From contig OZ253496.1 in NCBI GenBank assembly GCA_965262115.1, forward strand, positions 2,400,001 to 2,464,000: a DNA stretch of 64,000 bases. Direction: 5' to 3'. The translations under genes were made by a program, and so were the position numbers. Below are positions 46,707-57,324 of the stretch, piece after piece; position 1 is the first letter of the stretch, and each line of letters starts with the position of its first letter. This stretch comes from Nitrospinales bacterium (GTDB lineage Bacteria; Nitrospinota; Nitrospinia; Nitrospinales; VA-1). The notes below the pieces were generated by a model. That model worked only from the letters and a program-made list of their open reading frames with translations, ran no database searches and was not told the origin of the DNA.

Positions 46707-49337
46707 ATGACGACGCACCCTGCATTCAGAGTTTCATGGATTGCCTATGCCTGCCTTTTTGCTTCGGGGGCTGCCAGCCTGGTTTATGAGTTGATATGGT
46801 TTCGGCATTTGACTCTGGTTTTCGGTGCCAGTTTGTATGCGCTGAGTGCGGTGTTGTGCGCGTTCATGATGGGGCTTGCTGGCGGAGCCTGGGCCATGGG
46901 CCAGGTGCTGACTCGTGCCGACATGGAACCGGGAAAACTGATCCGCATTTATGGACTGCTCGAAGGCTTGATCGGACTTTATGCCCTGTGTTTTCCTTTT
47001 GGACTGGAGCTTCTGGAAAAACTGTATCCCTTGATTTTGCCCGCAAGCGGACAGGTCGGCTTGACCGTGCACCTGCTTGAGTTTTTTGTAAGCACGCTCC
47101 TGATGTTTCCCGCAACTTTATTGATGGGGGCCACCTTGCCGCTGGTAGGGTGCTGGGCTACCGGCAATCAGACCGAGAAGGTTTTTACTCAGGTTTCCTT
47201 ATTATATGGGGTCAATACCTTCGGCGCGGTTTTTGGTTGTTTGTTCACCCAGTTTTTTGCCATTCGACTCTGGGGGGTCCAGGGGGCGACAGTATTCGCA
47301 ATAGGTCTCAATGCGGTGGTTTTTATATTGTGTTATGGCAGGCCACGGATTTTTTATTCTGTGGAATCCAGCCAGACTGAAATCAAAAAACATAAAAAGA
47401 AAAAGGAGTCGGATACGGAAGTCTCGCCTGCCATTGGCATTCTGGTTTTTATCATGTTTGCCTATTCCGGGCTGGCTTCCTTATCTAGTGAGATTTTATG
47501 GACGCGGATCCTTGTTTTTCTGATGGGCAGTACTCTGTATTCGTTCGCGCTCATTCTGGCCACATTTTTGCTGGGAATCGCGTTGGGGAGTCTGACCGCC
47601 AACAAACTTTTGGGGAGGTCGCACCGGGTACTAAAGTTTATTGGCATAGAGATTGCGATTGGTGTTTTTTGCATCGCCATTCTTCCTGTGCTGGCAAATC
47701 TGACGGAATGGACCTCGCTAGCGGATCGCCATTTTTATAGTCTGGATAGCTCTCCCGAGAAAATCATTTTGATCCGATCCTTATTTGCCTTTGCGCTGAT
47801 GTTCCTTCCCACTTTTGGATTTGGCCTGCTTTTTCCTTTAGCCAACCATATTCATTCTTATCGATTCGAAGGGGTTGGGAGAATTCTCGGAAACACCTAT
47901 TCCATCAATACGGTGGGCGCGGTATTGGGAACCATCCTGACACCCTTTGTGTTTATACCGTTCTGGGGAATCCGTTTGTCGCTGTATGGAATTTATGCGG
48001 TATTGATCCTGTTCGGGGTTTACGTCCTGGTAAGAGTTCGCGAGTTCAGGCCAGCGTCTACGGTGATGACGTTGGCTGCGGTGTTTTTTTTCCTGGTACT
48101 GGGAAAAGGGTATTGGGTGCCGAACATAGAGACCCAAAAAGCCGGACAGGGCAACTTTGCCCGTCTGGAAATCAATGTTCCTGCGGACCGGATAAGCCTG
48201 CTGGATTACAAAGAGGGCGAATATTCCACCATCAGCGTTGTGGAGGATAAAGAAAGCCGGGCGCGCACGATTTATCTCGATGGATTCAGCACCGCCACAG
48301 TGTCCAGTTCGTTTTCCGGCAGCACTTATATGCAGGCCATGGGGTTTGTGCCGATGGCGTTACACCCCTCGCCGAAACGCGTTCTGGTGATTGGGTTTGG
48401 TACCGGCAACACCATGGGAACGGCGTCCCTGTTTCCGGGTGCGGAGGTGCATGGCATCGAAATTGATAAAAATGTCCTGGAGTTTTCCAAATGGTTTTCC
48501 CAGTGGAATCACGATGTCTTAAATCGGGCCAATACGAAAATGTATATTCAGGATGGCAGAACCTTTTTGAAATGGTCGAAGTCCGCTTACGATGTCATCA
48601 TTATGGAACCCATGTCTCCGTTGCAGGCCGGAGTGGTGAATCTTTATTCCAAAGAATTTTATGAGTTGGCTTTAAGTCGTTTAAAGGAAGACGGCTTGCT
48701 GGTGCAATGGTTGCCCTTGCATTTGGTAGGTCCGGAAGATGCCCGATCCATCACCCATACGTTTCGTGAAGTCTTCCCGGAGTTTTCGGTGTGGAACAGT
48801 TTTCTCACGCGGATTGTTATGCTGGTAGGAAGTCGCAACCCGGTAGCACTGGATAAAAATCATTTCGAAACGCTCATGGGCAATGCGAAAATAAAAGAGA
48901 TCGCCGAGGAAATGAAGGTGAACTCTTTTCTGGATTTTGCGGATTTTTATATTGCCGATGGAAAACGCCTCTCTCCCTTTCTGGAAGGAGCGGGTGAGAT
49001 CACCGATGACTCGCCCCTGCTGGAGTTTTCTTCTGTTTCGCTCCTGCCTCCGTTACAATGGGAGACCGATCAAAGTTTTTTGAACCTCCTGCGTTATCGG
49101 CTGGATCAGGTGCCCGAAGTCAAAGGAATGCCGGTTGGGGAGCAGGAGATTTTTAAACAGGAATATGCTATTCGAACGGCGCAGAGATTCGGCCTGTTTG
49201 CGCGTCGTTATCATGGGCCGGGAGAAAACCTTTTTGCCTCTGGGAATTATTTTGCCGGACTGGAAGCACTGAGGAATTATTTTGAATCGCAACAAACTCG
49301 GCAAGTTCATTTGCGCGATGCGAAGTGGAAGGACTGA
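46707..49337 (+). CDS. Fused multi-TM (MFS-like) / spermidine synthase-like protein
   Basis: SGAASLVYELIW, YGVNTFGAVFG, VLVIGFGTG, EID, DGR, YDVII, NLYSKEFY, ITDD.P. Confidence 0.85.
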   Translation: MTTHPAFRVSWIAYACLFASGAASLVYELIWFRHLTLVFGASLYALSAVLCAFMMGLAGGAWAMGQVLTRADMEPGKLIRIYGLLEGLIGLYALCFPFGLELLEKLYPLILPASGQVGLTVHLLEFFVSTLLMFPATLLMGATLPLVGCWATGNQTEKVFTQVSLLYGVNTFGAVFGCLFTQFFAIRLWGVQGATVFAIGLNAVVFILCYGRPRIFYSVESSQTEIKKHKKKKESDTEVSPAIGILVFIMFAYSGLASLSSEILWTRILVFLMGSTLYSFALILATFLLGIALGSLTANKLLGRSHRVLKFIGIEIAIGVFCIAILPVLANLTEWTSLADRHFYSLDSSPEKIILIRSLFAFALMFLPTFGFGLLFPLANHIHSYRFEGVGRILGNTYSINTVGAVLGTILTPFVFIPFWGIRLSLYGIYAVLILFGVYVLVRVREFRPASTVMTLAAVFFFLVLGKGYWVPNIETQKAGQGNFARLEINVPADRISLLDYKEGEYSTISVVEDKESRARTIYLDGFSTATVSSSFSGSTYMQAMGFVPMALHPSPKRVLVIGFGTGNTMGTASLFPGAEVHGIEIDKNVLEFSKWFSQWNHDVLNRANTKMYIQDGRTFLKWSKSAYDVIIMEPMSPLQAGVVNLYSKEFYELALSRLKEDGLLVQWLPLHLVGPEDARSITHTFREVFPEFSVWNSFLTRIVMLVGSRNPVALDKNHFETLMGNAKIKEIAEEMKVNSFLDFADFYIADGKRLSPFLEGAGEITDDSPLLEFSSVSLLPPLQWETDQSFLNLLRYRLDQVPEVKGMPVGEQEIFKQEYAIRTAQRFGLFARRYHGPGENLFASGNYFAGLEALRNYFESQQTRQVHLRDAKWKD

Positions 49338-49345
49338 GGTGAAGC

Positions 49346-49714
49346 ATGAAATTTAACCATTACGATAAATTATTGATCGTCCTGTTGGTTTTTTTTAACG
49401 CCGGTCTTTTTTATTATTTCGGCAGCGGATTCAACCGTGGCGACTGGGTTGTTATTGAAGTGGACGCAAAAAGGGTGGCTCGTTTTCCGCTCATGACAGA
49501 CCATGTTGCTCATGTGCAAGGTCCTTTAGGAACCACAGAGGTGGAAATCAAAAAGGGCAGGGCGAGAATCGTCCGCTCCCCCTGCAAACTCAAGGTCTGC
49601 ATCAAGTCGGGTTACATTCAGTATGCCGACCGTCTCTCAGCCTGCCTGCCAAACAAGGTGGTGGTGAGGATTGAAGGGGAATCCCAACGCGGCCTCGACG
49701 CGGTTGTGGGATGA
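49346..49714 (+). CDS. NusG domain II-containing (DUF1312) membrane-anchored protein
   Basis: SPCKLKVCIKSG...CLPNKVVVRI. Confidence 0.85.
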   Translation: MKFNHYDKLLIVLLVFFNAGLFYYFGSGFNRGDWVVIEVDAKRVARFPLMTDHVAHVQGPLGTTEVEIKKGRARIVRSPCKLKVCIKSGYIQYADRLSACLPNKVVVRIEGESQRGLDAVVG

Positions 49715-49744
49715 ATTTTTCAACGTAGCTTTTAGAAATCGGAT

Positions 49745-51880
49745 ATGAAAAATCAATCTATTCGTCATCGCGAGCGACGGAAAGGAGCGTGGCGATCCAG
49801 TCTTTCTGGGTTGTTTCGTCGCAGTTGGCTCCTCGCAATGACGAATGTGCTGTTGATGATTACGAATCCAGTTGCAGCCTGGTCTTTTTCCCCGATCCAC
49901 CACCAGTTACAAATTGAACTGGAACCCTCAACCCACTTTGCCAGAGTCGAAGACATGGTTCATTTTAAAAATTCGCAGGGGAATTGTGGGCCTTTTTACC
50001 TTCATGCTGACCTGAAACTGAACCCGGTTCCGGTGGGCTGGCAGGTGGAAACCTCGTCAGGACTCCTTAAGATAGAGTTTATCAGGAGCAGTTCCACAAC
50101 CTGCCCTGAAACAGTGACGTTGAATTATTTCGGTATTCTTCACGACCCTTCTCTGGATCCTGATGACCCCACAGATTCCAGTGGCTTCTTTTTTTCCGGC
50201 GAGAGTTATTTTTATCCGCAGTCCAAGGAAAATCTCGTCACATTTGAAATACGGGTTTCCCTTCCCGAGCCATGGCAAGCAGTGAGTCAGGGGAAACGCC
50301 TCGGCGATCAGCTTTCCGGAAAAAGGCGGATTGTGTCCTGGAAGTCTTCCAACCCTTCGGAAGAAATTTATTTGATTGGCAACAAGTTCCATATTTATGA
50401 AGCGGAGCATAATGGACTCAATCTGTATGCATATTTATTGCGAAAGGAAGATGAATTGGCGGATCGTTACCTTGAAACCGCTAAAGGCTACATCGATTTT
50501 TATTCCAAACTGATCGGACCGTACCCGTATGAAAAGTTTGCCCTGGTGGAAAACTCCCTACAGACCGGCTATGGCATGCCTTCTTTCACCTTGATGGGAT
50601 CGAGGATCATCCGCTTCCCGTTTATTCTGCACAGTTCTTATCCGCACGAAATTCTGCATAACTGGTGGGGCAACGGCGTATTTCCTGAACTTAAGCAGGG
50701 CAACTGGTCGGAGGGGTTGACCGCTTATCTCGCCGATCATCTTCTTCTGGAGTTGAAAGGAAAGGGTGTCCAATACCGGTTTCAGGAAATGATAAAATTC
50801 CTGAACTATGTCAATGAAGAGAATGATTTTCCCCTGAGTGAATTTGGCTATCGGGACAGCATGGCTTCCCAAGCTATTGGCTATGCCAAGCTTCTGATGG
50901 TGTTTCATATGTTGCGCACAGAAATTGGTGATGAAAATTTTTTAAAAGGTTTCCAGAAATTTTATGTTACCTACAAGTATCGCCATGCGGGTTATGAGGA
51001 AATGCGTAAAAATTTTGAGGAGGTGTCAGGCCAAAGCTTGAATGGATTCTTTGAGCAATGGGTTCATCGAAAAGGAGCGCCGGCAATTAGCTTGCAGCAG
51101 GCGTCCTATGTTTCCGATAAGGGTCGGCATGATCTTAAATTGACGGTGGAGCAATCCAATCCGGCTTTTAAGCTGAAACTTCCCGTGGCCATCTGGACCA
51201 GTGGCGCAGAAGTTGCCGAGATTCATTACGTAGAACTTGTCGCAGACAAGCAGGGTTTTGATTTCCAGTTATCGGAAGAGCCGGTTGCGGTTCGGTTGGA
51301 CCCTTATAACGATGTGTTTCGTCGGCTGGGGGCTGAGGAAGCCCCTGCCAGCCTTGGGCAGACTTACGGAGCCCAAACCGTGACGGCACTCCTGCCGGAA
51401 AAGCCCGGTTATCAAAAGTTTGCGCAGTCGGTCGTAAAACGGATTTTCACCGGTGATGAAAACGCCCCTGAAGGCAGTTTATGGGTTTTCGGGCGGGATC
51501 ACCCAATGAGAAAAGCATTCGTCGAACAACTGAAGAAGTCCGGTGTTGTAGTGACTGAAATGGGAATTCAAATTCATGACAAGTCCTATCCATGGGACGA
51601 CCACAGCTTTGTCTTCACTTTACCCAGAACAGATCAGAAAAAAGTAACGATGACCTGGGTTATTGCCGATAATGCTAAAAGCATTCCCGGCTTGATTCGC
51701 AAATTGCCGCATTACGGTAAATACGGATATCTGGTGTTTGAGGGATCGGCGCCTGACAACCGCGATAAAGGCATTTGGCGTTCCAATCCGGTCGGGCTGC
51801 AAAAAGTTTTTAAGGACGGGCAAGCGCGTCTTTTGCCAGAGCAAAAGGCTTTAGTTAAATTCAAACCATTCCCAAAATAG
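49745..51880 (+). CDS. M1-family zinc aminopeptidase
   Basis: GYGMPS, HEILHNWWGN...NWSEGLTAY; start position uncertain. Confidence 0.87.
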   Translation: MKNQSIRHRERRKGAWRSSLSGLFRRSWLLAMTNVLLMITNPVAAWSFSPIHHQLQIELEPSTHFARVEDMVHFKNSQGNCGPFYLHADLKLNPVPVGWQVETSSGLLKIEFIRSSSTTCPETVTLNYFGILHDPSLDPDDPTDSSGFFFSGESYFYPQSKENLVTFEIRVSLPEPWQAVSQGKRLGDQLSGKRRIVSWKSSNPSEEIYLIGNKFHIYEAEHNGLNLYAYLLRKEDELADRYLETAKGYIDFYSKLIGPYPYEKFALVENSLQTGYGMPSFTLMGSRIIRFPFILHSSYPHEILHNWWGNGVFPELKQGNWSEGLTAYLADHLLLELKGKGVQYRFQEMIKFLNYVNEENDFPLSEFGYRDSMASQAIGYAKLLMVFHMLRTEIGDENFLKGFQKFYVTYKYRHAGYEEMRKNFEEVSGQSLNGFFEQWVHRKGAPAISLQQASYVSDKGRHDLKLTVEQSNPAFKLKLPVAIWTSGAEVAEIHYVELVADKQGFDFQLSEEPVAVRLDPYNDVFRRLGAEEAPASLGQTYGAQTVTALLPEKPGYQKFAQSVVKRIFTGDENAPEGSLWVFGRDHPMRKAFVEQLKKSGVVVTEMGIQIHDKSYPWDDHSFVFTLPRTDQKKVTMTWVIADNAKSIPGLIRKLPHYGKYGYLVFEGSAPDNRDKGIWRSNPVGLQKVFKDGQARLLPEQKALVKFKPFPK
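49760..49846. repeat. 87-bp palindromic repeat in frame in the peptidase N-terminus
   Basis: Ends ATTCGTCATCGCGAG / CTCGCAATGACGAAT (14/15 inverted); partial copy at 15451-15490. Confidence 0.75.
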
Positions 51881-51941
51881 TAAGCCCACCCTATAGTAAA
51901 GACTATAATGGAGGAGTGCAAATTTTAAACAGGAGGGTATC

Positions 51942-52247
51942 ATGGCGAGATTAACTCGATTTAGTATATTTGCAATATTGTTGTTTTGTTTTCTTTCTGG
52001 AGGCATTGCCACAGCGGGAGATGCGGTTTCATTTTCCGGGGTCGTCAAAAAAGTGATTGCGGATAAAAACAAGGTGGGGATTAAAGACCCTGAAACTAAA
52101 AAACTGTTCACCGTGATCGTGAACGAAGAAACAAAACCGGATGGTCTTAAAACTTTAGCCAGCTTGAAAAAGAAAGATAAGGTCGAAGGCAAATATACCG
52201 TGACCGATGCCGGACTCTATATTGCTCTGGAACTGGTGAAAAAATAG
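51942..52247 (+). CDS. Small secreted hypothetical protein
   Basis: AGGAGG RBS, signal peptide, Lys-rich beta-type domain. Confidence 0.75.
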   Translation: MARLTRFSIFAILLFCFLSGGIATAGDAVSFSGVVKKVIADKNKVGIKDPETKKLFTVIVNEETKPDGLKTLASLKKKDKVEGKYTVTDAGLYIALELVKK

Positions 52248-52249
52248 GT

Positions 52250-53869
52250 TTAATCATCTTCATAGGCGGGGAGTGTTGTGAGGCGGGTGTCTTCCACCGC
52301 CGCTCCAACCGTGAAATGGTACAAGCTCTGATAGCTTCGGTCTTTTATGCCGAAGACATCATGCACCGGGTCATCGAAGAAGCACCCGATTCCCGTGCTG
52401 CGGATGCCGCTGACCTCTGCCTGCAGATACAGCATCTGCCCGATGGCCCCACACTCCCAATAAAGACGAGGATACATCCAGGGGCCATAATTCAAGGATG
52501 CGTTTTCAAAAGCGCTGATCATACCCAGGCTGAAACAATCTGCGCCGGCGATTTCCTGTCCACACGAAACGGAAGTGGCCATGCCGCAAAAATCACCTTC
52601 CTGCAATAAAAATAAATCCAGGGTTTCGGGGCAATCCTTGGGCTTGGCCCAGGCGAAATCTTTTTTCAACCTGGTTTTTAAGTCACTCAGATGATTTTTA
52701 TTGCGCACTAAAAAATATAAGCCTTCTGAAAGACCATCCACCCTATGGATAAAAAGCCCTAAATGAATTTGTGGGTCCCATGGAAAGGTTTGAAAAGGGA
52801 GAGGGCAGGCTTCTGGAATTGTTTTTGCCATAAATTGATAAAATGTTTCACTTGAAATCCGAGTCTTTCCATCCATGGCAACGGCACTTCTACGCTGATG
52901 AATGGCTTTCCTTATGGGAAAGGAATCTTCCTGCAAAAGGTTTGGCAGTGTTTTTTGTTTGAAATCAGCATTTGGGAAGTCCTCTGTGTAAGGTTTTTGA
53001 GTTGTTTGTGAGACTTCTGTTATGCCGTACCAATCCATATGGTCGTTGCTCAAAATATTTGGGTTTCCCAACCATTGCAATTTAGAAAAGCCAGCGACAA
53101 AATTCCTGTTTTTTATATTCTTTGCACTTTCTTGAGGAGTGACAACGATCAGACAATTTTGAACTTCAATCTCATCTTCATTCTTTTTGTGTAATCCCAA
53201 AACAACTTCCATCTCTTCACCGCCAAGATGGTCCATCAATTGAGTTCGCCAACCCAAAACTGCGCCCGCTATGTTTATTGCGGCCAGGGCGTGACCCATA
53301 TCGTGATGGCAGTATCTAAAAACCCTTAGACCGTATTTCCATGCCTCTCTCCAATAAATAGAACTTAGACCAATGAATAAGGTGTTTTCAGGAAAACCTT
53401 CTGACATTTGTTTCCAGGTTTGATTTGAAAAGATGGCTCGAATTTCCAATCCGTGAGTTCTGGGACAGTAATGGGAAACGGATGGAGATCTGTTGACCCC
53501 CTCTATGGGGCCGCAGATTAAATAACCTTCTGTCGGATGCAGGTTTCCGCTTGAAGGGTTAACCCGAAGAGCCCACTTTGATCCCTGAAAACTCTTCCAT
53601 GCTGAAATTGCGAGGCTATCAAAGAACAACTGGGAAAGGGTTGCAAAGCTTAAGGGAAGAGCCGGAATTTTTTTTGGCTGTAAAGCTTCGTAGAAAAGAG
53701 GTCCTTCATTCAGAGAGGCTTTTTTTAATTTGATTATTTCTGTGCCGGTATAACGGCGGAAGGGGTCGGGCTGGTTTTCCCAATCCATATAACCAGGGCC
53801 GGGAGCCGACCCGTGATAACCGTGCTTGGAGTATTGGTGGTACTGCTTGGTTTCATCCCAGTCTGACAT
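52250..53869 (-). CDS. SagB/ThcOx-type double nitroreductase-domain protein
   Basis: LRVNPSSGNLHPTE, WREAWKYG, RRSAV, GIGCFFDD. Confidence 0.85.
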   Translation of the reverse strand: MSDWDETKQYHQYSKHGYHGSAPGPGYMDWENQPDPFRRYTGTEIIKLKKASLNEGPLFYEALQPKKIPALPLSFATLSQLFFDSLAISAWKSFQGSKWALRVNPSSGNLHPTEGYLICGPIEGVNRSPSVSHYCPRTHGLEIRAIFSNQTWKQMSEGFPENTLFIGLSSIYWREAWKYGLRVFRYCHHDMGHALAAINIAGAVLGWRTQLMDHLGGEEMEVVLGLHKKNEDEIEVQNCLIVVTPQESAKNIKNRNFVAGFSKLQWLGNPNILSNDHMDWYGITEVSQTTQKPYTEDFPNADFKQKTLPNLLQEDSFPIRKAIHQRRSAVAMDGKTRISSETFYQFMAKTIPEACPLPFQTFPWDPQIHLGLFIHRVDGLSEGLYFLVRNKNHLSDLKTRLKKDFAWAKPKDCPETLDLFLLQEGDFCGMATSVSCGQEIAGADCFSLGMISAFENASLNYGPWMYPRLYWECGAIGQMLYLQAEVSGIRSTGIGCFFDDPVHDVFGIKDRSYQSLYHFTVGAAVEDTRLTTLPAYEDD

Positions 53870-54038
53870 AATTTAGTAACAAAATGGATTGATGAGGGGG
53901 AGAGAACTCTTGGTCAGAGGACTTTCGGTCAGAAAATCAGTTCTTTCCCAATTATAGCGGGGAAGTCGATAACCATTAGAAGAGAAAAGGGGATTCAGGG
54001 GTGGAAACTTTTTGTGTTTCCAGAAATATGGGTTGGAG

Positions 54039-55614
54039 TCAACGCAATCGGTGTAAGACAGCCATTACATCCTGGAACCTGGGGAGGGCCAGGAGGCCAT
54101 TGTTAAAAGGCGCGACTGATTCCAGTTCTCCATTTTCAATCTTTTCGAGAATGTCTTTTATCGCATCCTTGTTTGACACACGGGGATCAGTCTGCTGTAG
54201 GTCTTTAAGTTGTTTCAGAATCCAGCCGCAGAGTTCCAGTTGTCCCGATTCGACAAGGTGTTCGACATAGCGCACGTCGATCTCGGTGCGTCCCAGAATA
54301 AGTGCGTTCAACCCTTGAGTTTGAATCACACAGGGTTTTTTGCCTCGGCTAAAATCCAATGCAGATAAATTGCGGCTTCTCATTGGCACTTTGGGAAGCG
54401 GCGCGCTGGTTTCGGTTTTGCGACTGCCGGGGTTGTCCCGGACAATCTGTTTTGCTTTTGCCGTTACCAGTCGGGGGTGAAATGAATCCATGGCGATGAC
54501 CTGATCGACCGTATCAAAATAATCCCCGCTTCCCCCCATCACCAGAAGGGTGCTGACTCCGAAATCCTTATGCAACTCTTCAATCCGATCAACCAGTGGC
54601 GTGATCGGTTCCTGATCGGAGGCGATCAGAGCCTGCATTCTGGCATCACGGATCATAAAGTTGGTGGCGCAGGTGTCTTCATCCATAAGCAGAAGGGAAG
54701 AGCCGGACTCAACGGCTTCGAGAATATTCACCGCTTGCGAGGTGGAGCCGCTGGCCGAGACGGTGGAAAAGTTTTCCGTCGATGAGATGAGTGGCAGGTT
54801 GCCCATGAATCCGGAGACGTTGATAGGCTGGACAGAGCGACCGTCTTCTGCGCGGATTTTTACCGCCGTGGGTTGGGTGGCGATGCGTTCGCGTCCGTCT
54901 CCTGTCACATGCGGGTAGACCGCATCCTGAATGGCTTTCAGTAAAGTGCTTTTGCCGTGGAATCCGCCTCCCACGATCAGGGTGATTCCCAGCGGAATAG
55001 GCATGCCGCGCACTTTTCCACCATGTGGCAGTTGCACTTCGGCGCTGAGTTCTTCCGGTGCTGATAAAACCACTCCGCCAGTTTTCAAAGGCAGGTCGCT
55101 GATTCCTGAGGCGCGGGGAAGAAGCGGTCCGTCTGCCACAAAACTGGCCCAGTGGTTTTGGTACAACAACTGGCTCAACGTGGAATAGTCTTCCAGGGTT
55201 TCGAGGGCTTGTTGAACTTTGTTCAGATCGAGGGATTTCGCCAGCAGGCATTCTTCCCAGACCGGAGGCAGGACTTCGGAAAAAAGTTTGACACATTCTT
55301 TGGCCAGCACCCTGCGGCCGTCTCCAGGGAACCCGGCACTGCTGGACACGGCGGTCCACCTCTCTTAAGAGATAGTCTTCGAGAGCCAGTTTTCTTAAAG
55401 GGTTTTTAGTGCGCGCTTTTACAAACCCGGCGGAAGGAAGCTCGATCTTTATGGATAACCGCGAAGGTGCGGCAAAAGGATCGCCCTGCACATGTTCAAA
55501 GGTGAGTTGAAACAAGCCAAAGGCGAAGCTTTTGCCCTGCAGGTTTTTATAGGCTTTGTAACCTTTGCCATCCAGAGATGTGATCTGGTTTATGAGTTCT
55601 TTTGGATCAGGCAT
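54039..55614 (-). pseudogene. ABC-class ATPase-domain protein, frameshifted near 55345
   Basis: N-part DGKGYKAYK...HVQGDPFAAPS and C-part LIVGGGFHGKST, LLMDEDTCATNFM are in different frames. Confidence 0.75.
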
Positions 55615-56514
55615 GGTTGGGTATAGTGTCCTGCAAAACCTTGAGACGAAACTCCTACGGGAAGATAATTGCGGGCAATGTTGATGATATGGTCTCGGTA
55701 TGGAAGGCGGACCGAATCTTCCCGGATCTGGCTCATGGCAAATGGGAGACGAGTTTTCAAAGTCCGCGAACCTTCGGCGGTTCCATCGCCTTCAATAAAA
55801 TGATCGATGATGACTGCGGAAGCTCCGGCATTTTTCAGGCGTTCAAAAAAACGCTGTGGATTTTCCAACGGATATAAGGGCGATAGGCAGGCCACGGTTT
55901 TGAGTCCTTGGACTGATAGTTGTTCCAATGCGGAAATCCGTCGCTCAATGCTACAGGGGGGAGGCGGCAGCCCGGGCAGCCGGTTTCTGTCCCCTTCTAT
56001 AGAAATGTGGATTCTGAGCGAGCAGAGTCGGGAGAGTTTCAGCAGGAGTTCTTGATCGTCCAGAATGCTTGCACTGTGGGTTTGCAGGATCAATGTGTCT
56101 GGCTGGCAGGTCGTCATGGCCTGAAGGACAGCACGGGTCACCCGGTATTTTTTTTTCAACAGGTTGCCAGGGGTCGGTGGCACTGGACATAAAAATGGTG
56201 AAAGGAATGGAACGTTGATGGGCCCAGTTTTTTTCTCTTTGCACCGATTGCGTATACAATTCACTAGCGTTGATTTTAACATCGATAAATTTCCCCCACT
56301 CGCGGCCTCGTGTCACCCAATGATTGAAACGGACATAGCAACCTTCACCGCAGGAGGAAAGGCCGTAGCCGCAGCCGCTATACGGATTCAGCGAGTGTGA
56401 GCAGACTCCCTTAAGATAGCCGCTGGCACGGGTCAACAGGGTTTTGCTTTGTATCAAGTTAATCTCTTTACTCAAAGGAAGGTTGGAGTATGTTTGTGAG
56501 TCAGGGGGTTTCAT
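55590..56514 (-). CDS. Radical SAM protein (SPL-like), frameshifted at an A9 run (56148-56156)
   Basis: LNPYSGCGYGLSSCGEGCYV, SSATDPWQPVEK; A8 would restore EKKYRVTR. Confidence 0.75.
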
Positions 56515-56523
56515 TCCACCTAA

Positions 56524-56552
56524 TTGACACTGGGAAAACCAAAAGCTACTAT
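56524..56552 (+). promoter_or_regulatory. Sigma-70-like promoter
   Basis: TTGACA-17 bp-TACTAT. Confidence 0.6.
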
Positions 56553-56565
56553 CATCAGAACCCAA

Positions 56566-57089
56566 ATGGTTTTTATAGTCATTGCGAAAATTTTTAAAGG
56601 GTTCTCTAATAATTCCTGGGGCTTTATAAGCCGCCATTCCTTAACCATTTTATCATTTTTTCCCAAACTGCGGTATTCTCTCTGATTGCCCCCTGTTGGT
56701 GGAGGCAAAAACCAGGCCTTTTACTGGGGTTCAAGGAGTTTGGCTGTTGTTGATATGGCATCACGCTGGAAGCAGCCAAAGTTGCTAACGCGACTACGGA
56801 CAAATTCGGCTACACCGACAATGATCGTGGCGGCGCTAATTTGAGCCTGTGGAAGTCTTCCAACTTCACGACGATTCCTATAACTTTAGGACCGAACGAC
56901 AATAATGCCAGTCTAAACGGTACCGATGGTGGAAGAACTGGTCTGCCCAAAAGAGGCGGAATGGGTAAACACAAAGTAACCCTCATTTCTCAGTCTAATT
57001 TCAGCCGGGGTGACTCTATTGGCGATATCAGCAGATTGGTTAAAATCACCAATACCGGTACGACCGCTGTTACGGTTACCTGCAACTAA
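56566..57089 (+). pseudogene. Degraded gene for a probable secreted protein
   Basis: Open 111-codon frame 56754-57089 with no clear start; stops upstream; lies between a promoter and a terminator. Confidence 0.5.
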
Positions 57090-57137
57090 GGTTTGTTTTA
57101 GTAAGGGCTTAATCAGCGAGTTTTGTTCTTACCCTGG

Positions 57138-57176
57138 AAAACAGCCGACCTCTCCCAAGGTCGGCTGTTTTTTTTT
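57138..57176 (+). terminator. Rho-independent terminator
   Basis: AAAACAGCCGACCT-CTCCCA-AGGTCGGCTGTTTTTTTT. Confidence 0.88.
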
Positions 57177-57324
57177 AAGTGAGTTTAAGGTTCCTGCCTG
57201 TTCCTCAATTGAGCGATTCATCGTGCCTTGATGATTGCGCTTAATTTTTTCCAGCTAATTTGTTACCCTTAGCCGTTTCTTACACCCTCAGATAATAGAA
57301 GGTCTTTTTTGTAGAGAGAAAAAA

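Noticed and set aside
56148..56156. A9 run in the radical SAM gene as phase variation or recoding
   Set aside because: Cannot be told apart from a homopolymer sequencing error without reads, and the nusA indel suggests the assembly has such errors.
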